The notes under the pieces are model-generated. The model worked only from the letters and a program-made list of their open reading frames with translations. It was not told where the DNA came from and made no database searches. Below, piece by piece: positions 27,148-37,165 of a stretch of 64,000 bases of DNA (positions within the stretch are counted from its first letter, which is position 1; each line of letters begins with the position of its first letter). Origin of the DNA: a virus; IMG/VR virus record IMGVR_UViG_3300048883_000431, positions 1 through 64,000 of that record. The stretch is one strand, 5' to 3'. The position numbers and the translations under genes were made by a program.

Positions 27148-28340
27148 TGGGCGTGACGCTACCCGAGCACATGGAGAGCCGGACGCCGGGCGACCAGAAG
27201 AAGTGGGCGCACGTAGCGGGGGCTGTCGAGGCCGCGTTCGAGGACCTGGGGGCGGAGAGGGCGGGACGCCTCGCTATGGCAGCCGCCAACACGGCCCTTA
27301 GCGAGAAGCGGGCGAACGGGCCCGCGTTCAAGGGGCTCAACGCCCGACTCGACAACCTGGCGCGGTGCCGCAAGGATCGTACCATGAAAGACGCTGCCGA
27401 CATCGTGGCCGCTGACCAGGTGATGCGGCACCTGCTGGTTGGGTTCTGCGACGTTCAGGACGAGTTCGTCGGGATGTTTCCGTTCGACTTCGAGTCCGGC
27501 GGGACGGTGGCCGCGAAGCACAAGCGCGCCAGCGAGATAGACCTCGCTTTCGGGGACAGTGGGGGCCCCTTCCCGTGGTCCCTCGGCAAGCTCGGGCGCA
27601 AGTCCGCTGCTGTCATCGACCACGTCCGGGCGAAGGCGGGCGACGCGTGGGACATCTACGACACCCTTACCGCCGTCACCCTGCGGATGTTCGCGGAGAC
27701 CCTCGAACACTCCGCCAAGATGAGCGTCGACGCACGCAAGAGCATCGGGAGCTTCGACCTCTACCCCGAACTCACGGTCTTCCTGCCGTTCCTTGACGGC
27801 GAGTCCGGTGTTCGTAAGGCGGTGGAGGAAGCCGAGAGCTGGGTTACTGACCTACAGGCCCTGTGCGCACGCATCGAGGACGTGGTCTTCCCACTCTACG
27901 AGGACGTGGCTCAGGACGAGGTGGGAGACGCCCCCGTCGATGAGACGGAGGACGAGTTCCAGTCGGTGAAGATGAAGGTTCTCAAAGATGGAGACGTCCG
28001 TAAGCGAGTGATCCTCGGCGTTGCCCTGGTTCCCGACGAGGTTGACCTTCAGGATGACTTGATCTCCGCACCGGAGATTGAGCGCGCGGCTCACCAGTTC
28101 ATGCTGAACAAGGGCCAGATCGGCATTATGCACCAGGAGTTCCCCAGCGGCGCGACCGCTGTGGTTGAGTCCTATCTCGCGCCGCACGACATGATCCTGG
28201 GGAACGACACCATCTCCAAGGGCAGTTGGGTCATTGGTGTCAAGGTGTTCGACGACGACTTGCTCAAGCGCATCGAGGAGGGCGAGTTCACTGGATTCAG
28301 CATTGGCGGGCACGCCGCCAGCGCACGAGAGCTAGGCTAA
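27147..28340 (+). CDS. XkdF-like putative prohead protease with ChaB-like N-terminus
   Basis: GVALVPDEVDLQDD, IMH, VVESY, GSWVIG, GEFTGFSIGG. Confidence 0.8.
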   Translation: MGVTLPEHMESRTPGDQKKWAHVAGAVEAAFEDLGAERAGRLAMAAANTALSEKRANGPAFKGLNARLDNLARCRKDRTMKDAADIVAADQVMRHLLVGFCDVQDEFVGMFPFDFESGGTVAAKHKRASEIDLAFGDSGGPFPWSLGKLGRKSAAVIDHVRAKAGDAWDIYDTLTAVTLRMFAETLEHSAKMSVDARKSIGSFDLYPELTVFLPFLDGESGVRKAVEEAESWVTDLQALCARIEDVVFPLYEDVAQDEVGDAPVDETEDEFQSVKMKVLKDGDVRKRVILGVALVPDEVDLQDDLISAPEIERAAHQFMLNKGQIGIMHQEFPSGATAVVESYLAPHDMILGNDTISKGSWVIGVKVFDDDLLKRIEEGEFTGFSIGGHAASARELG

Positions 28341-28350
28341 GGAGAGTCAC

Positions 28351-29352
28351 ATGCCACAGGCAGACACAGATCGACTGGCGGTCGACAAGAAGGTCAAGGA
28401 GCTTCTCGGGCTGACCGTGGACGAGATCTCCTTCGTGGACGTCCCCGCTGTCCCCCGCGCACGCATTATGCTGATGAAGAAGCTCACCGCACCTGACGGC
28501 GAGGCGTCCCTGGTCCCCATCGTGAAGGCTACCGCGACCCGCATGAGCGCTGTCAGGGCGGAGCTGGAGTCTGCGGGCGTGTGGAAGGGTCTCTCCGACA
28601 CGGTGACCGACGACATCCAGCTTGTGGCGAGGAACCTGATGCTCATTGGGAGGGTGATGGCGGGGCTTGACGAGAACGTCACTAAGTTCCATGACGAGTT
28701 CGAGATCGACAAGGACGAGATGCTACTGCGCGATGTCAATTTCGCGACCAGTATGCTCATTTCGCTCAAGGGAGTGTTCGAGGAAGTCGCCGCTACGATG
28801 GGCGAACCGTCGGCGGCGCTAGCCAGCGTGGCCGACACAACTCTAGAGACGCTGAGGGGCGTCGCCGACCTTCTGACGGAGGTGGTCACAGGGATGCAGG
28901 AAGCGTCCACCGTGGGCAAATCTGTGACGAAGGCCGAGGAGGATGATCCAGTGACCGAAGAGAAGGACGAAACTACGCCCCCCGAGGGCGCGACGAACGA
29001 GGCGCTCCTGGCCGCAATACAGGAGATGTCGGGCAAGTTCGACGCGGTCACCGAGCGATTGACTATACTAGAATCGAGCGACGCGGAGGAAGCGTCGGAC
29101 GACACCCCCGACGACGCCCCCAATGAACCGGGGGAACCGGACGTCGAGGACACCGAGGAAGTCGAGCCAGAGGTCCTGCTCTCACCCGAGCAGATAGCAG
29201 AAGGACTTGAGCTGTTCCCCACCATGACCGAGGAGGAGCAGGCTTCGTTCTCTGCGATACTTGAGACCCAGGCAGCCGACATCCCTTACGACGGCGAGCT
29301 AGACACTCCCGTCACAGATGGCGGCGACGACGCTGAAGAAGCAGTCGCGTAA
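28351..29352 (+). CDS. Putative capsid scaffolding protein
   Basis: EISFVDVPA motif, acidic low-complexity tail, between protease and capsid. Confidence 0.6.
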   Translation: MPQADTDRLAVDKKVKELLGLTVDEISFVDVPAVPRARIMLMKKLTAPDGEASLVPIVKATATRMSAVRAELESAGVWKGLSDTVTDDIQLVARNLMLIGRVMAGLDENVTKFHDEFEIDKDEMLLRDVNFATSMLISLKGVFEEVAATMGEPSAALASVADTTLETLRGVADLLTEVVTGMQEASTVGKSVTKAEEDDPVTEEKDETTPPEGATNEALLAAIQEMSGKFDAVTERLTILESSDAEEASDDTPDDAPNEPGEPDVEDTEEVEPEVLLSPEQIAEGLELFPTMTEEEQASFSAILETQAADIPYDGELDTPVTDGGDDAEEAVA

Positions 29353-29369
29353 CAACACGGAGGAACACA

Positions 29370-30758
29370 ATGCCAGAGCTAACCGCAGTCGCTAAGGCGA
29401 CAAGGCAGGGTCTGGACGCTATCGCGGCCGCGCGGACGCGCGCCGAGGAGAGCGAACGGATCGACCTTGTAGCCAAGGAAGTGGCCAAGGCGGTTGAGGC
29501 AATGCGTCCCGCGCAGTCAAACGACCAGTATGCGTATGACGAGGACAAGGGCTTGGTACCGGCGGGCGACGTGTCCAAGGCGACCAACCCCGAAATGCAC
29601 CACGTCATCCACAAGCGCGGCGACTGGGAGAACGACGAACGCGTCAAGCGAGTGCAGGACTGGAACGATGCCTGCTACATCGCCAGCAAGGCGATGAACG
29701 TCGACGTTCGTCATACGAAGCTCTACAAGGACGGCATCGGCGAGGTGTCCGAACTTGGCAAGGCTCTCAACACCGGCACGGCCAGTCACGGTGGCGATTG
29801 GGTCCCAACGGACCTCAGCGCCCAGGTGATCGACATTCTCGAACGCAACCTCGTCGTGGCGACGCTCTTCCAGAGCATTGACATGCCGACGCAACCATTC
29901 GAGATTCCCCAGAAGACGGCGCGTAGCACGACCTACTACGTGAACGAGTCGACTTCGGACAACCCCAATCTGTTCCGTGCAAGCCAGCCAACCGTTGGCA
30001 AGCTCACGCTGACCGCGAAGAAGTTCGCGAACCGCGTGAACCTGTCCGACGAACTGACGGAAGACGGAATCGTGGCGATGCTGCCCCTCATCCGTGAGGA
30101 CATCGCGACGTCCCAGGCGCGAGCGGTTGAGGATACTCTGATCAACGGCGACACGACGGCGACTCACCAGGACAGCGATGTCACTGGCGTCGACGACGTT
30201 CGTAAGTCGATCAGTGGCATCCGTAAGCTGATCAACACCGCTGCGAAGTACGACGTGGACGAAGACGGCTCGGGCTCGTTGGACATCGAGGACTTCCGTA
30301 ACGCGCGGAAGCTGATGACCAACACTGCGGGTGCGGCCATCTACGGTGCGGACACGGCAGGACTCTCCTGGCTTACGTCCATCCACGGCGGACTCAAGAT
30401 GATGAACGCCCTGAAGGATTACGTGACGACCATCGACAAGTTCGGTGAGTCGCGCGCGACGATCCTCAAGGGGACCCTCGGCGCGGTCGATGGAATTCCC
30501 CTGTTGACTTCCGAATTCGTTCGGGTCAACCTCAACGCCTCTGGCGTATACGATGCCTCGGTCACTACGAAGACCGTGGTCATCATCGTCAACGGCAGCG
30601 CGGGGATCATCGGTAAGCGGCGCGGGCTGAAGATCGAGCAGGATCGCGTCATCGGCGCGGATCAGAACCTGTTGGTCTCCACACAGCGTTGGGACTTCCA
30701 GCCTCGCTACCCGACGGCCGAGAACACATTCGGTCTTCTACGCGACATAACCGCGTAA
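29370..30758 (+). CDS. Major capsid protein (HK97 fold)
   Basis: GGDWVP, LTAKKFA..VNLSDEL.ED, INGD; synteny. Confidence 0.93.
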   Translation: MPELTAVAKATRQGLDAIAAARTRAEESERIDLVAKEVAKAVEAMRPAQSNDQYAYDEDKGLVPAGDVSKATNPEMHHVIHKRGDWENDERVKRVQDWNDACYIASKAMNVDVRHTKLYKDGIGEVSELGKALNTGTASHGGDWVPTDLSAQVIDILERNLVVATLFQSIDMPTQPFEIPQKTARSTTYYVNESTSDNPNLFRASQPTVGKLTLTAKKFANRVNLSDELTEDGIVAMLPLIREDIATSQARAVEDTLINGDTTATHQDSDVTGVDDVRKSISGIRKLINTAAKYDVDEDGSGSLDIEDFRNARKLMTNTAGAAIYGADTAGLSWLTSIHGGLKMMNALKDYVTTIDKFGESRATILKGTLGAVDGIPLLTSEFVRVNLNASGVYDASVTTKTVVIIVNGSAGIIGKRRGLKIEQDRVIGADQNLLVSTQRWDFQPRYPTAENTFGLLRDITA

Positions 30759-30773
30759 AAGGAGGTCAGAAGC

Positions 30774-31145
30774 ATGGCTGCATTGGATAAGCGAGTTCTC
30801 ACGTTCAACGTCGAGGACAACGCAGCGGGGACGGGTTCGACCTACCCGCTCCTGATTGCCGACCGTAAGATGGATATTCGCGAAATCAACTTCGCGAGCA
30901 AGACCACCACGGCGGCGCACGCGTCAAACTACGTAACGGTGGCGCTCAAGAACGGCTCCGACACCATCGGGTCGGCAACGACCGTGACGGTGCTGACGGC
31001 CGCGGTCTTCCGAGCCCTCACACTAACGGCCGCTAACATCCGCGTCTCCGCAGGTGACACGCTCACACTCGTCCTGACACACTCAGGAACGGGCGCGGCG
31101 ACCGACGGTCTGGTAGTACAGATCGAGGCGGACCCCGTGGAATAA
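30774..31145 (+). CDS. Putative head decoration protein
   Basis: Beta-rich 123 aa, perfect SD, between MCP and terminator. Confidence 0.6.
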   Translation: MAALDKRVLTFNVEDNAAGTGSTYPLLIADRKMDIREINFASKTTTAAHASNYVTVALKNGSDTIGSATTVTVLTAAVFRALTLTAANIRVSAGDTLTLVLTHSGTGAATDGLVVQIEADPVE

Positions 31146-31173
31146 ACCCAACACCTCCGAACGATCCTTCGCA

Positions 31174-31200
31174 AAGAAGCCGCCTTCGGGCGGTTTTTTT
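31174..31200 (+). terminator. Rho-independent terminator
   Basis: AGCCGCC-TTCG-GGCGGTT followed by T run. Confidence 0.9.
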
Positions 31201-31223
31201 GCTGCCCTCCGTGGGATGTCCTG

Positions 31224-31232
31224 TGCTATAAT
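31224..31232 (+). promoter_or_regulatory. Extended -10 promoter of glycan cassette 1
   Basis: TGCTATAAT. Confidence 0.65.
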
Positions 31233-31248
31233 GCCCGTGGGGGGCTTG

Positions 31249-31962
31249 ATGGCGCAAGAGATCGCACGGCACACAGCTCACGGCAAGTACATGATCGACT
31301 CCGACACGGGCGTGGTCTTCCGTGAGGGGTTCCGATGCGCAGAGGGGGCCGACTACACGGACCCCTACTTCCAAAAATGGGTGAACTTCCCCGAGGGACC
31401 CAAGGAGCGTCTCGCTGCCATACGCTACGGGGTGATCCGCGACCACACCGACGCCCCTGACCGCGCAAGCGTTCTCGACTTCGGGTGCGGCACTGGCGAC
31501 TTCATCATGTACGCTCGCGAACACCCTTCCCCCTTCAACGCGCAGGGGTGGGACGTCCACCGGAACGAGTCCAATCGAGCGCTAGCCCACACATTCCTCG
31601 ACCCCGGCATGATGCCCCTGAAGGTCAAGCACTGGGACGTCCTTACGATGTTCGACGTGATCGAGCACATCGAAGACCCCGCACCGATCCTTACCTCGAT
31701 CCCGCACCAATGGCTGGTGGTGACGGTTCCCAACGCGGACCCCTCTCTGTTCGGGGGCACTGGAGCGTTTTGGCGGTGGCGTCATCTCCGCCCGACCGAG
31801 CACGTACACCATTTCAACGCCACAAGCCTCCCCCTCTACCTGGAGCAGTTCGAGTACACATGCGAGTACCTGGAGTCACCGGAGGACGAGGTGCGGGTCA
31901 ATGACGAGCAGTCCTTCCCTAACACGCTCACGGGGGTTTTCAGGTGGAACGGGTCTTCCTAA
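31249..31962 (+). CDS. Class I SAM-dependent methyltransferase
   Basis: VLDFGCGTG, FDVIEHIEDP, VTVPN, EHVHHF. Confidence 0.9.
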   Translation: MAQEIARHTAHGKYMIDSDTGVVFREGFRCAEGADYTDPYFQKWVNFPEGPKERLAAIRYGVIRDHTDAPDRASVLDFGCGTGDFIMYAREHPSPFNAQGWDVHRNESNRALAHTFLDPGMMPLKVKHWDVLTMFDVIEHIEDPAPILTSIPHQWLVVTVPNADPSLFGGTGAFWRWRHLRPTEHVHHFNATSLPLYLEQFEYTCEYLESPEDEVRVNDEQSFPNTLTGVFRWNGSS

Positions 31963-32861
31963 CAGGGATCACGGGAGCCACGGGCGTCCCACTGGCCAAC
32001 GCGCTCCACAGCAAGGGGCATGTAGTGTCCGGGTGTTCGCGGCGCGGTCGCACACACAACTGTGGGCTCCACGAGCACATCCGGGTCTTCAAGGCGGACC
32101 TCACCGACCCCGTGGCCTGCTTCTGGGCCGTCAACGGCATCGAGCCGACTGTCGTGGTCCACCTCGCCGGGGCCACGAACGTGCGGGACGCGGTGGCATC
32201 GCCGCACGCCACACTCGCACTAAACGTGGGCGCACTCTTCAACCTCACGAACTTCCTGTCGCACGTCTGGCCGATCCGCTACATCGTGGCAAGCTCGTCC
32301 GAGGTCTACGGCGACACGCTGGGCGTTCTGACCGACCTTACACCCCCGGCACCGAAGTCGGTGTACGGTGTCAGCAAGATGGCACAGGAGCATGTGCTGG
32401 AGGAGCAGGTCAACGTCCGTACGTTTTGGAACATCAACCCCCTGCGCGCGGACAGCGCGATCTCCCAGTTCGCGCGGAAGATCGCCGAGGTCGAGGCGGG
32501 GATGCGGGATGACGTGGATCACGGCGACCTGGAGTCGCTCAGGTCCTTCATGGACTACACCGACGTTGTCCGTGCTTACCTGGTTCTCATCGAGAGCGGC
32601 GTGACGGAGGGCACCTACAACGTCGGGTCTGACCTAGCAACGGACGTCCACCGCATCGGCGACTACCTCGACATCTTGCGCGACATGGCGGCCTGCGACA
32701 TCCCAACACGGACTAACATTCGGGACACCGGGGAGCGGGACGTGGTACACCCCGGACTGCCCGACATTAACCCCATGAAGGCGCTGCGGTGGGCTCCCAC
32801 AAGCAGGCTGGAGGAGTCGCTCGCACACGCGCTCCACCACGCGCGGGGGCTGGTGGCATGA
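31944..32861 (+). CDS. GDP-sugar dehydratase/reductase (Gmd/Rmd-like extended SDR)
   Basis: TGITGATG, HLAG, SSSEVYG, YGVSK, GDLESLRSFMD.DVVRAY. Confidence 0.85.
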   Translation: MERVFLTGITGATGVPLANALHSKGHVVSGCSRRGRTHNCGLHEHIRVFKADLTDPVACFWAVNGIEPTVVVHLAGATNVRDAVASPHATLALNVGALFNLTNFLSHVWPIRYIVASSSEVYGDTLGVLTDLTPPAPKSVYGVSKMAQEHVLEEQVNVRTFWNINPLRADSAISQFARKIAEVEAGMRDDVDHGDLESLRSFMDYTDVVRAYLVLIESGVTEGTYNVGSDLATDVHRIGDYLDILRDMAACDIPTRTNIRDTGERDVVHPGLPDINPMKALRWAPTSRLEESLAHALHHARGLVA

Positions 32862-33982
32862 GGGTACCGGGGAAGCTCACGCAGATATGGAAGTTAGCGG
32901 ACGAGCTGTCCCGCTCCTTCACCAAGGACGAGCGCTCGGGGCGGAGCTTCGAGGTGCTTAGGTCCTGCGTGCGGGAAACGGCGTCAGTCGCGGAGCGTCA
33001 CCAACGTGCCCTCGCGGGACCCCTACCCGATGCACCGACCGGAGAACAGCAGATGATCGACTTCACGCCGCCCAAGCTAATCGAGGACGGGGACACCCCC
33101 AAGCCAAGACCGAAGCCGAGGCCGCCCGCACGCCCCCACAAGACGGTGCTCCCCCATGAGCACTTCCACGCGTTCAACCCGGTGGCATTCGAGAAGGCGA
33201 AGCGAGTGGGTGTGCCCAGGTTCTCCAGCTCCGGGCTAGGTATCGGGGACGTCCTCTTCGCTGTACCCGCCATCAAGGCGCTCGGCGGCGGCGAACTCAG
33301 CATCACCTGCTTCGACACGTTCTTCTCCTGGTCCCCGTCACACCCGTTCACCAGCGCCAGTTACCGGGGGCGCACCTACCACAACCTCGCGAAGTTCCTT
33401 GCGTCGCAGGACTACATCACGGAGTGCAAGGCGGTGTCCTATGATCCGTCAGTCTACTACGACGTGGAGTTCGACAACGTGCGCCACATCTGGCACCGTG
33501 TGGTGAATGAGAACATCCCCCTGCTGGATCTATACCAGAGCTACGTGGGCGGTAGGCTGCGACTCGACGACGCCTGGCTCACGCCCCCGGACGAGGTGTA
33601 CCCCGAGTTCCAAGACGCCGTGGTAATCAACATGAACGACCGGCGCGTCTGCGAGCTCGACCTCCGTGTGCTGGGCGACTACGAGCACGTCGTGTTCCTC
33701 GGGCTCCCCCGCGAGTGGGAATTCTTCCAGAATGAGTGGGGGATCAGCGCGACTCACCACGAGGCCAAGGACTTCTTCGATATGGCGTCACTGATGAACT
33801 CCTGTCGCATGTTCATAGGGTGCTCGTCGTCGCCCATCGTGCTTGCGGACGGACTCAACGTGGACCGTATCTACTGCCAGTGGGTCAGTAAGCCCCACCA
33901 CCAATCCGTGGGTGGGAACACAGTGACCGTGTCGACCGACGAGCAGTTCGTCGACGCACTCCTTGATCGGGGCATCCTATGA
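32858..33982 (+). CDS. GT9-like (heptosyltransferase-like) glycosyltransferase
   Basis: GIGDVLFAVPAIKALGGG, MASLMNSCRMFIGCSS. Confidence 0.65.
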   Translation: MRVPGKLTQIWKLADELSRSFTKDERSGRSFEVLRSCVRETASVAERHQRALAGPLPDAPTGEQQMIDFTPPKLIEDGDTPKPRPKPRPPARPHKTVLPHEHFHAFNPVAFEKAKRVGVPRFSSSGLGIGDVLFAVPAIKALGGGELSITCFDTFFSWSPSHPFTSASYRGRTYHNLAKFLASQDYITECKAVSYDPSVYYDVEFDNVRHIWHRVVNENIPLLDLYQSYVGGRLRLDDAWLTPPDEVYPEFQDAVVINMNDRRVCELDLRVLGDYEHVVFLGLPREWEFFQNEWGISATHHEAKDFFDMASLMNSCRMFIGCSSSPIVLADGLNVDRIYCQWVSKPHHQSVGGNTVTVSTDEQFVDALLDRGIL

Positions 33983-34173
33983 GCTTTCCCAAGTCCCTCC
34001 GCCGCCTCGACCCGCCGCCTGGACGGTTTACTAATATCCGCCAGGACGGGCTTGGGAGCGAAACCACCCGGTGCGCACAGCGCTACCTTGCCATTCCCCG
34101 CAGTGTGTGGAATACTATACTTGACGAGGCCGGGATGCTTCCGATCATGGAGCTCCTCAACTACGACGTATGA
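33979..34173 (+). CDS. Small hypothetical protein
   Basis: ATGA-coupled 64-aa ORF. Confidence 0.4.
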   Translation: MSFPKSLRRLDPPPGRFTNIRQDGLGSETTRCAQRYLAIPRSVWNTILDEAGMLPIMELLNYDV

Positions 34174-34186
34174 GAAAGGATCGCAC

Positions 34187-34834
34187 ATGTCCTGGACATT
34201 CGAGCCATCGTTTGAACGTAAGGCGTCGGTTGCGGCGCTGTTTGCTACGCTTCCGCACCGGGAGAAGATTGACGGCCCAGGCCGTGCGGGGGGCTCCCCA
34301 GACTACTACCCGGTCCTCCACGACGTGGCACGACTCATCGACGCCACGTCCGTGCTTGAAATCGGCGTCCGTCTTGGGTACGGCGCGATTGCGATACTTA
34401 GCGCCTCCCCGAGATGCGAGCGCTACGTGGGCGTGGATAACGAGTCCTACATCCCCGAATCGAACACCCTGGCCCTGGCGAATATCCTTCACGGACACGC
34501 GGGCTTCAACGCAAAGATCGTCCTCGACAACTCGGCAAAGGGACTTCCGCCGGAGGTGGGCAAGAAGAAGTTCGGACTGGCCTACGTCGACGGGAGTAAG
34601 GATAACATCGCCAAGGACGTGAAGAACGCCTGGGATGCCCTCTTGGTTGGCGGGTCGCTGCTCATTGACGACGTTCAGGTGGAAACCGAAACCCGTGAGC
34701 AGGCGGCGGACGGGCTGGCGTCCATTGGGGGCCAGTCAGAGATCGGCCCCATCATCGAGGTGTTTACGGGCACGGCGGAAGTCCCGAGAGGACTGTTGTG
34801 GGTAACCAAACTTCGCCCCCTCTCAGCAAACTGA
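34187..34834 (+). CDS. Class I SAM-dependent methyltransferase (Methyltransf_24-like)
   Basis: VLEIGVRLGYG, AYVDG, GGSLLIDD. Confidence 0.85.
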   Translation: MSWTFEPSFERKASVAALFATLPHREKIDGPGRAGGSPDYYPVLHDVARLIDATSVLEIGVRLGYGAIAILSASPRCERYVGVDNESYIPESNTLALANILHGHAGFNAKIVLDNSAKGLPPEVGKKKFGLAYVDGSKDNIAKDVKNAWDALLVGGSLLIDDVQVETETREQAADGLASIGGQSEIGPIIEVFTGTAEVPRGLLWVTKLRPLSAN

Positions 34835-35388
34835 CCCACGTTGGTCTGAACGTAGGGTGCGGTACAGACTACAGGGAGGGGTTTGTGAACGTGGACGCGT
34901 CCAATCACGGACAGCGGGTGGACGTGGTTCTGACAATTCCCCAAGACTCCCTCCTCGACGTAGTCGCCCCTGGGCAGTGCCACACCATCGTGTGTAACCA
35001 CATGCTGGAGCACCTACATAGGTGGGAGGCGGATGCTCTTTTACGAGAGTTCGTAGTTCTTCTATCCCACGGAGGGACACTGTCGCTGAGTGTCCCAAAC
35101 GTCGCGTGGATCGTGGCGAACATGTCCGAGGAAACTCTGCTTCGGTTCCTATACGGGGGGCAGGACGCCCCGCACCCAGGGGACTCGGACGTGAAGGCGC
35201 ACCGCCGCAGGACGAGCCCCGAACTGTTCGTCCACCGTTTTGGGTACACGCGGGCTACTCTGGAATCATCCCTCCTTCGGGCGGGACTAACCGACGTCGC
35301 CATCGTCGAGGATGGCCAACAACTGCATTCGGTATCCAAGTGTTCCCGGCATCACGACGGAGGCGTGGGCGATAGGGCTCCCCAGTAG
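34798..35388 (+). CDS. Class I SAM-dependent methyltransferase (glycan-cluster type)
   Basis: LNVGCGTDYREGFVNVD, HMLEHL, GGTLSLSVPN; start uncertain. Confidence 0.85.
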   Translation: MGNQTSPPLSKLTHVGLNVGCGTDYREGFVNVDASNHGQRVDVVLTIPQDSLLDVVAPGQCHTIVCNHMLEHLHRWEADALLREFVVLLSHGGTLSLSVPNVAWIVANMSEETLLRFLYGGQDAPHPGDSDVKAHRRRTSPELFVHRFGYTRATLESSLLRAGLTDVAIVEDGQQLHSVSKCSRHHDGGVGDRAPQ

Positions 35389-36355
35389 GCAACTGATCAT
35401 CGAAGCCACGGCGAACAACATCGGCGACACGTTCGTCAACGTAGGAGCACGTCGTCTGGTTCCGGGATTAGGGTCTGGGTACGTCCAGTCCCTTCCGCCC
35501 GAGAACTACCAGCACGACCCGGCGTGGCTGGAGGAGCGCACCGCCCTGAGCTTCGACGTAATCTACATCGTGGGGACCCCGTGGTTCTTCCGAGGGTGGG
35601 CGACCTCGGACAAGTCCAAGATGCTCGCGAGGGTCGTGGAGCGCTACCCCAACACACCGAAGATAATGCTGAGTCCTGGCCACTGCGTTCCCAGCGTTGG
35701 GTATGGGACCGTCTACGATTCCCCAGGGCTTGGGGATTCCGACCTCGTGAACCATATGGACCTCATCGTGTGCAGGGACCGGTATGCCTACGACTACACC
35801 AGTGGGCTATCCGACTGCGCGGATCGAGTCGTCCTCGCCAAGTGTGCCTCGCACGCGGCGTACTTGCCGGAGGACTTCGGGAACCCGCCACAGTCTGGGT
35901 CGGTCTGCGTGTGGATGGACTTCGCGTCACTGTCGGGACACGCGGGCTACCGGGCTTACCAAGCCCTCAGCGCCATAACGCCGGAGCAGTGGCAGTCGTC
36001 TATTGACCACGAGGCCACGGTGGCCGACGCAGTATGCGTCAACTCCGCGCGGGACGCAGAGGTGTACACCGCCAAGTTCGGGCGACCACCGGACATGAGC
36101 CACCGCGACCCCCACGACTACGCGGAGTGGGTGTCCCACTTTGAGAGCATGGTGACGTCGCGTGTACACTCGGCCACGATTGGGCACTCCCTCGGACTGG
36201 ACGTAAGACTCCTGGCGGCTGACACCCGTGCCGATACCGCCTACCTCTGCGGCGTGAGCTCCTACCTCGACCTCCCCGCCACCGAGACCACCCACACCGT
36301 GACTAGCTGGGATGACGTAAATGATAGAATTCTCTCACTCAGGGGCGCTCGGTGA
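35312..36355 (+). CDS. Polysaccharide pyruvyl transferase-like protein
   Basis: NNIGD, IVCRD, VTSRVHSATIG. Confidence 0.65.
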   Translation: MANNCIRYPSVPGITTEAWAIGLPSRQLIIEATANNIGDTFVNVGARRLVPGLGSGYVQSLPPENYQHDPAWLEERTALSFDVIYIVGTPWFFRGWATSDKSKMLARVVERYPNTPKIMLSPGHCVPSVGYGTVYDSPGLGDSDLVNHMDLIVCRDRYAYDYTSGLSDCADRVVLAKCASHAAYLPEDFGNPPQSGSVCVWMDFASLSGHAGYRAYQALSAITPEQWQSSIDHEATVADAVCVNSARDAEVYTAKFGRPPDMSHRDPHDYAEWVSHFESMVTSRVHSATIGHSLGLDVRLLAADTRADTAYLCGVSSYLDLPATETTHTVTSWDDVNDRILSLRGAR

Positions 36356-37118
36356 CATCCTCTACTCACTGCCGACGATCCGCGCAATGGGCGGCGGTCA
36401 CCTCACCCTCATCCTTAACAACCCCGCCGATCCGCCCATAGAGGAACCAACTGACGATTGGGTTCTTCTCGCCCCGACGGCCGGGGAGTTCATACGCCCG
36501 CTTCTGGAGATACAGGATTACATACACGGGGTCTCCCTCGTGGAGTTCAAAGACTACGAACCGGACCCGGATCGGGTCGATCTGGACGCCTGGCGTAAGT
36601 CCCCCGTTCGGTTCTGGGACGGCATCCCGCTGGCCCACAGATACGTGTTTGTGACGGGTCTTCCGGTGGACGCTGAGTCCGCGTATGTCCACGTCGACCC
36701 GTTCGTGGACACGGAGCCCTACGTCGTCCAACAGCTAACCCGCAGGTACCGTGGGGGGTCGCGGGTGTCCCACGACGCCTTAGCGAGCACGCCCCACAAA
36801 CTCGTCTTCGTAGGCTGGCCACACGAGTTTGAGACCCTCGCAGCCCCTGGGGCGGTGTACCGTCCGGTGTCGAACATGGTCGAGATGGCCAGCCTCATCG
36901 CGGGGGCCGTGTGTTTTGTAGGGAATCAGTCCTGTGGGTGGGCTCTGGCGCAGGGGATGAAGACCCCCCGCGTACTGGAGGGCTTCGGCCGCTCGCTCTG
37001 TGACGGTATGAAGCCTGGGCCTAACGGTGTCGCGTGCCTAGTCCAGGCCCATTACGACGACGCTCTCCGCCGCTTCGGCGTGCTCCCCGAAGACTTCGGA
37101 CTTATGCACGAGGGGTGA
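36321..37118 (+). CDS. GT9-like glycosyltransferase
   Basis: SGALGDILYSLPTIRAMGGG, MASLIAGAVCFVGNQS; paralog of 32858..33982. Confidence 0.7.
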   Translation: MIEFSHSGALGDILYSLPTIRAMGGGHLTLILNNPADPPIEEPTDDWVLLAPTAGEFIRPLLEIQDYIHGVSLVEFKDYEPDPDRVDLDAWRKSPVRFWDGIPLAHRYVFVTGLPVDAESAYVHVDPFVDTEPYVVQQLTRRYRGGSRVSHDALASTPHKLVFVGWPHEFETLAAPGAVYRPVSNMVEMASLIAGAVCFVGNQSCGWALAQGMKTPRVLEGFGRSLCDGMKPGPNGVACLVQAHYDDALRRFGVLPEDFGLMHEG

Positions 37119-37165
37119 CCCGCACGGCTATACTACAGCAGACAAACACGCGAGGGAGGTAGGCA

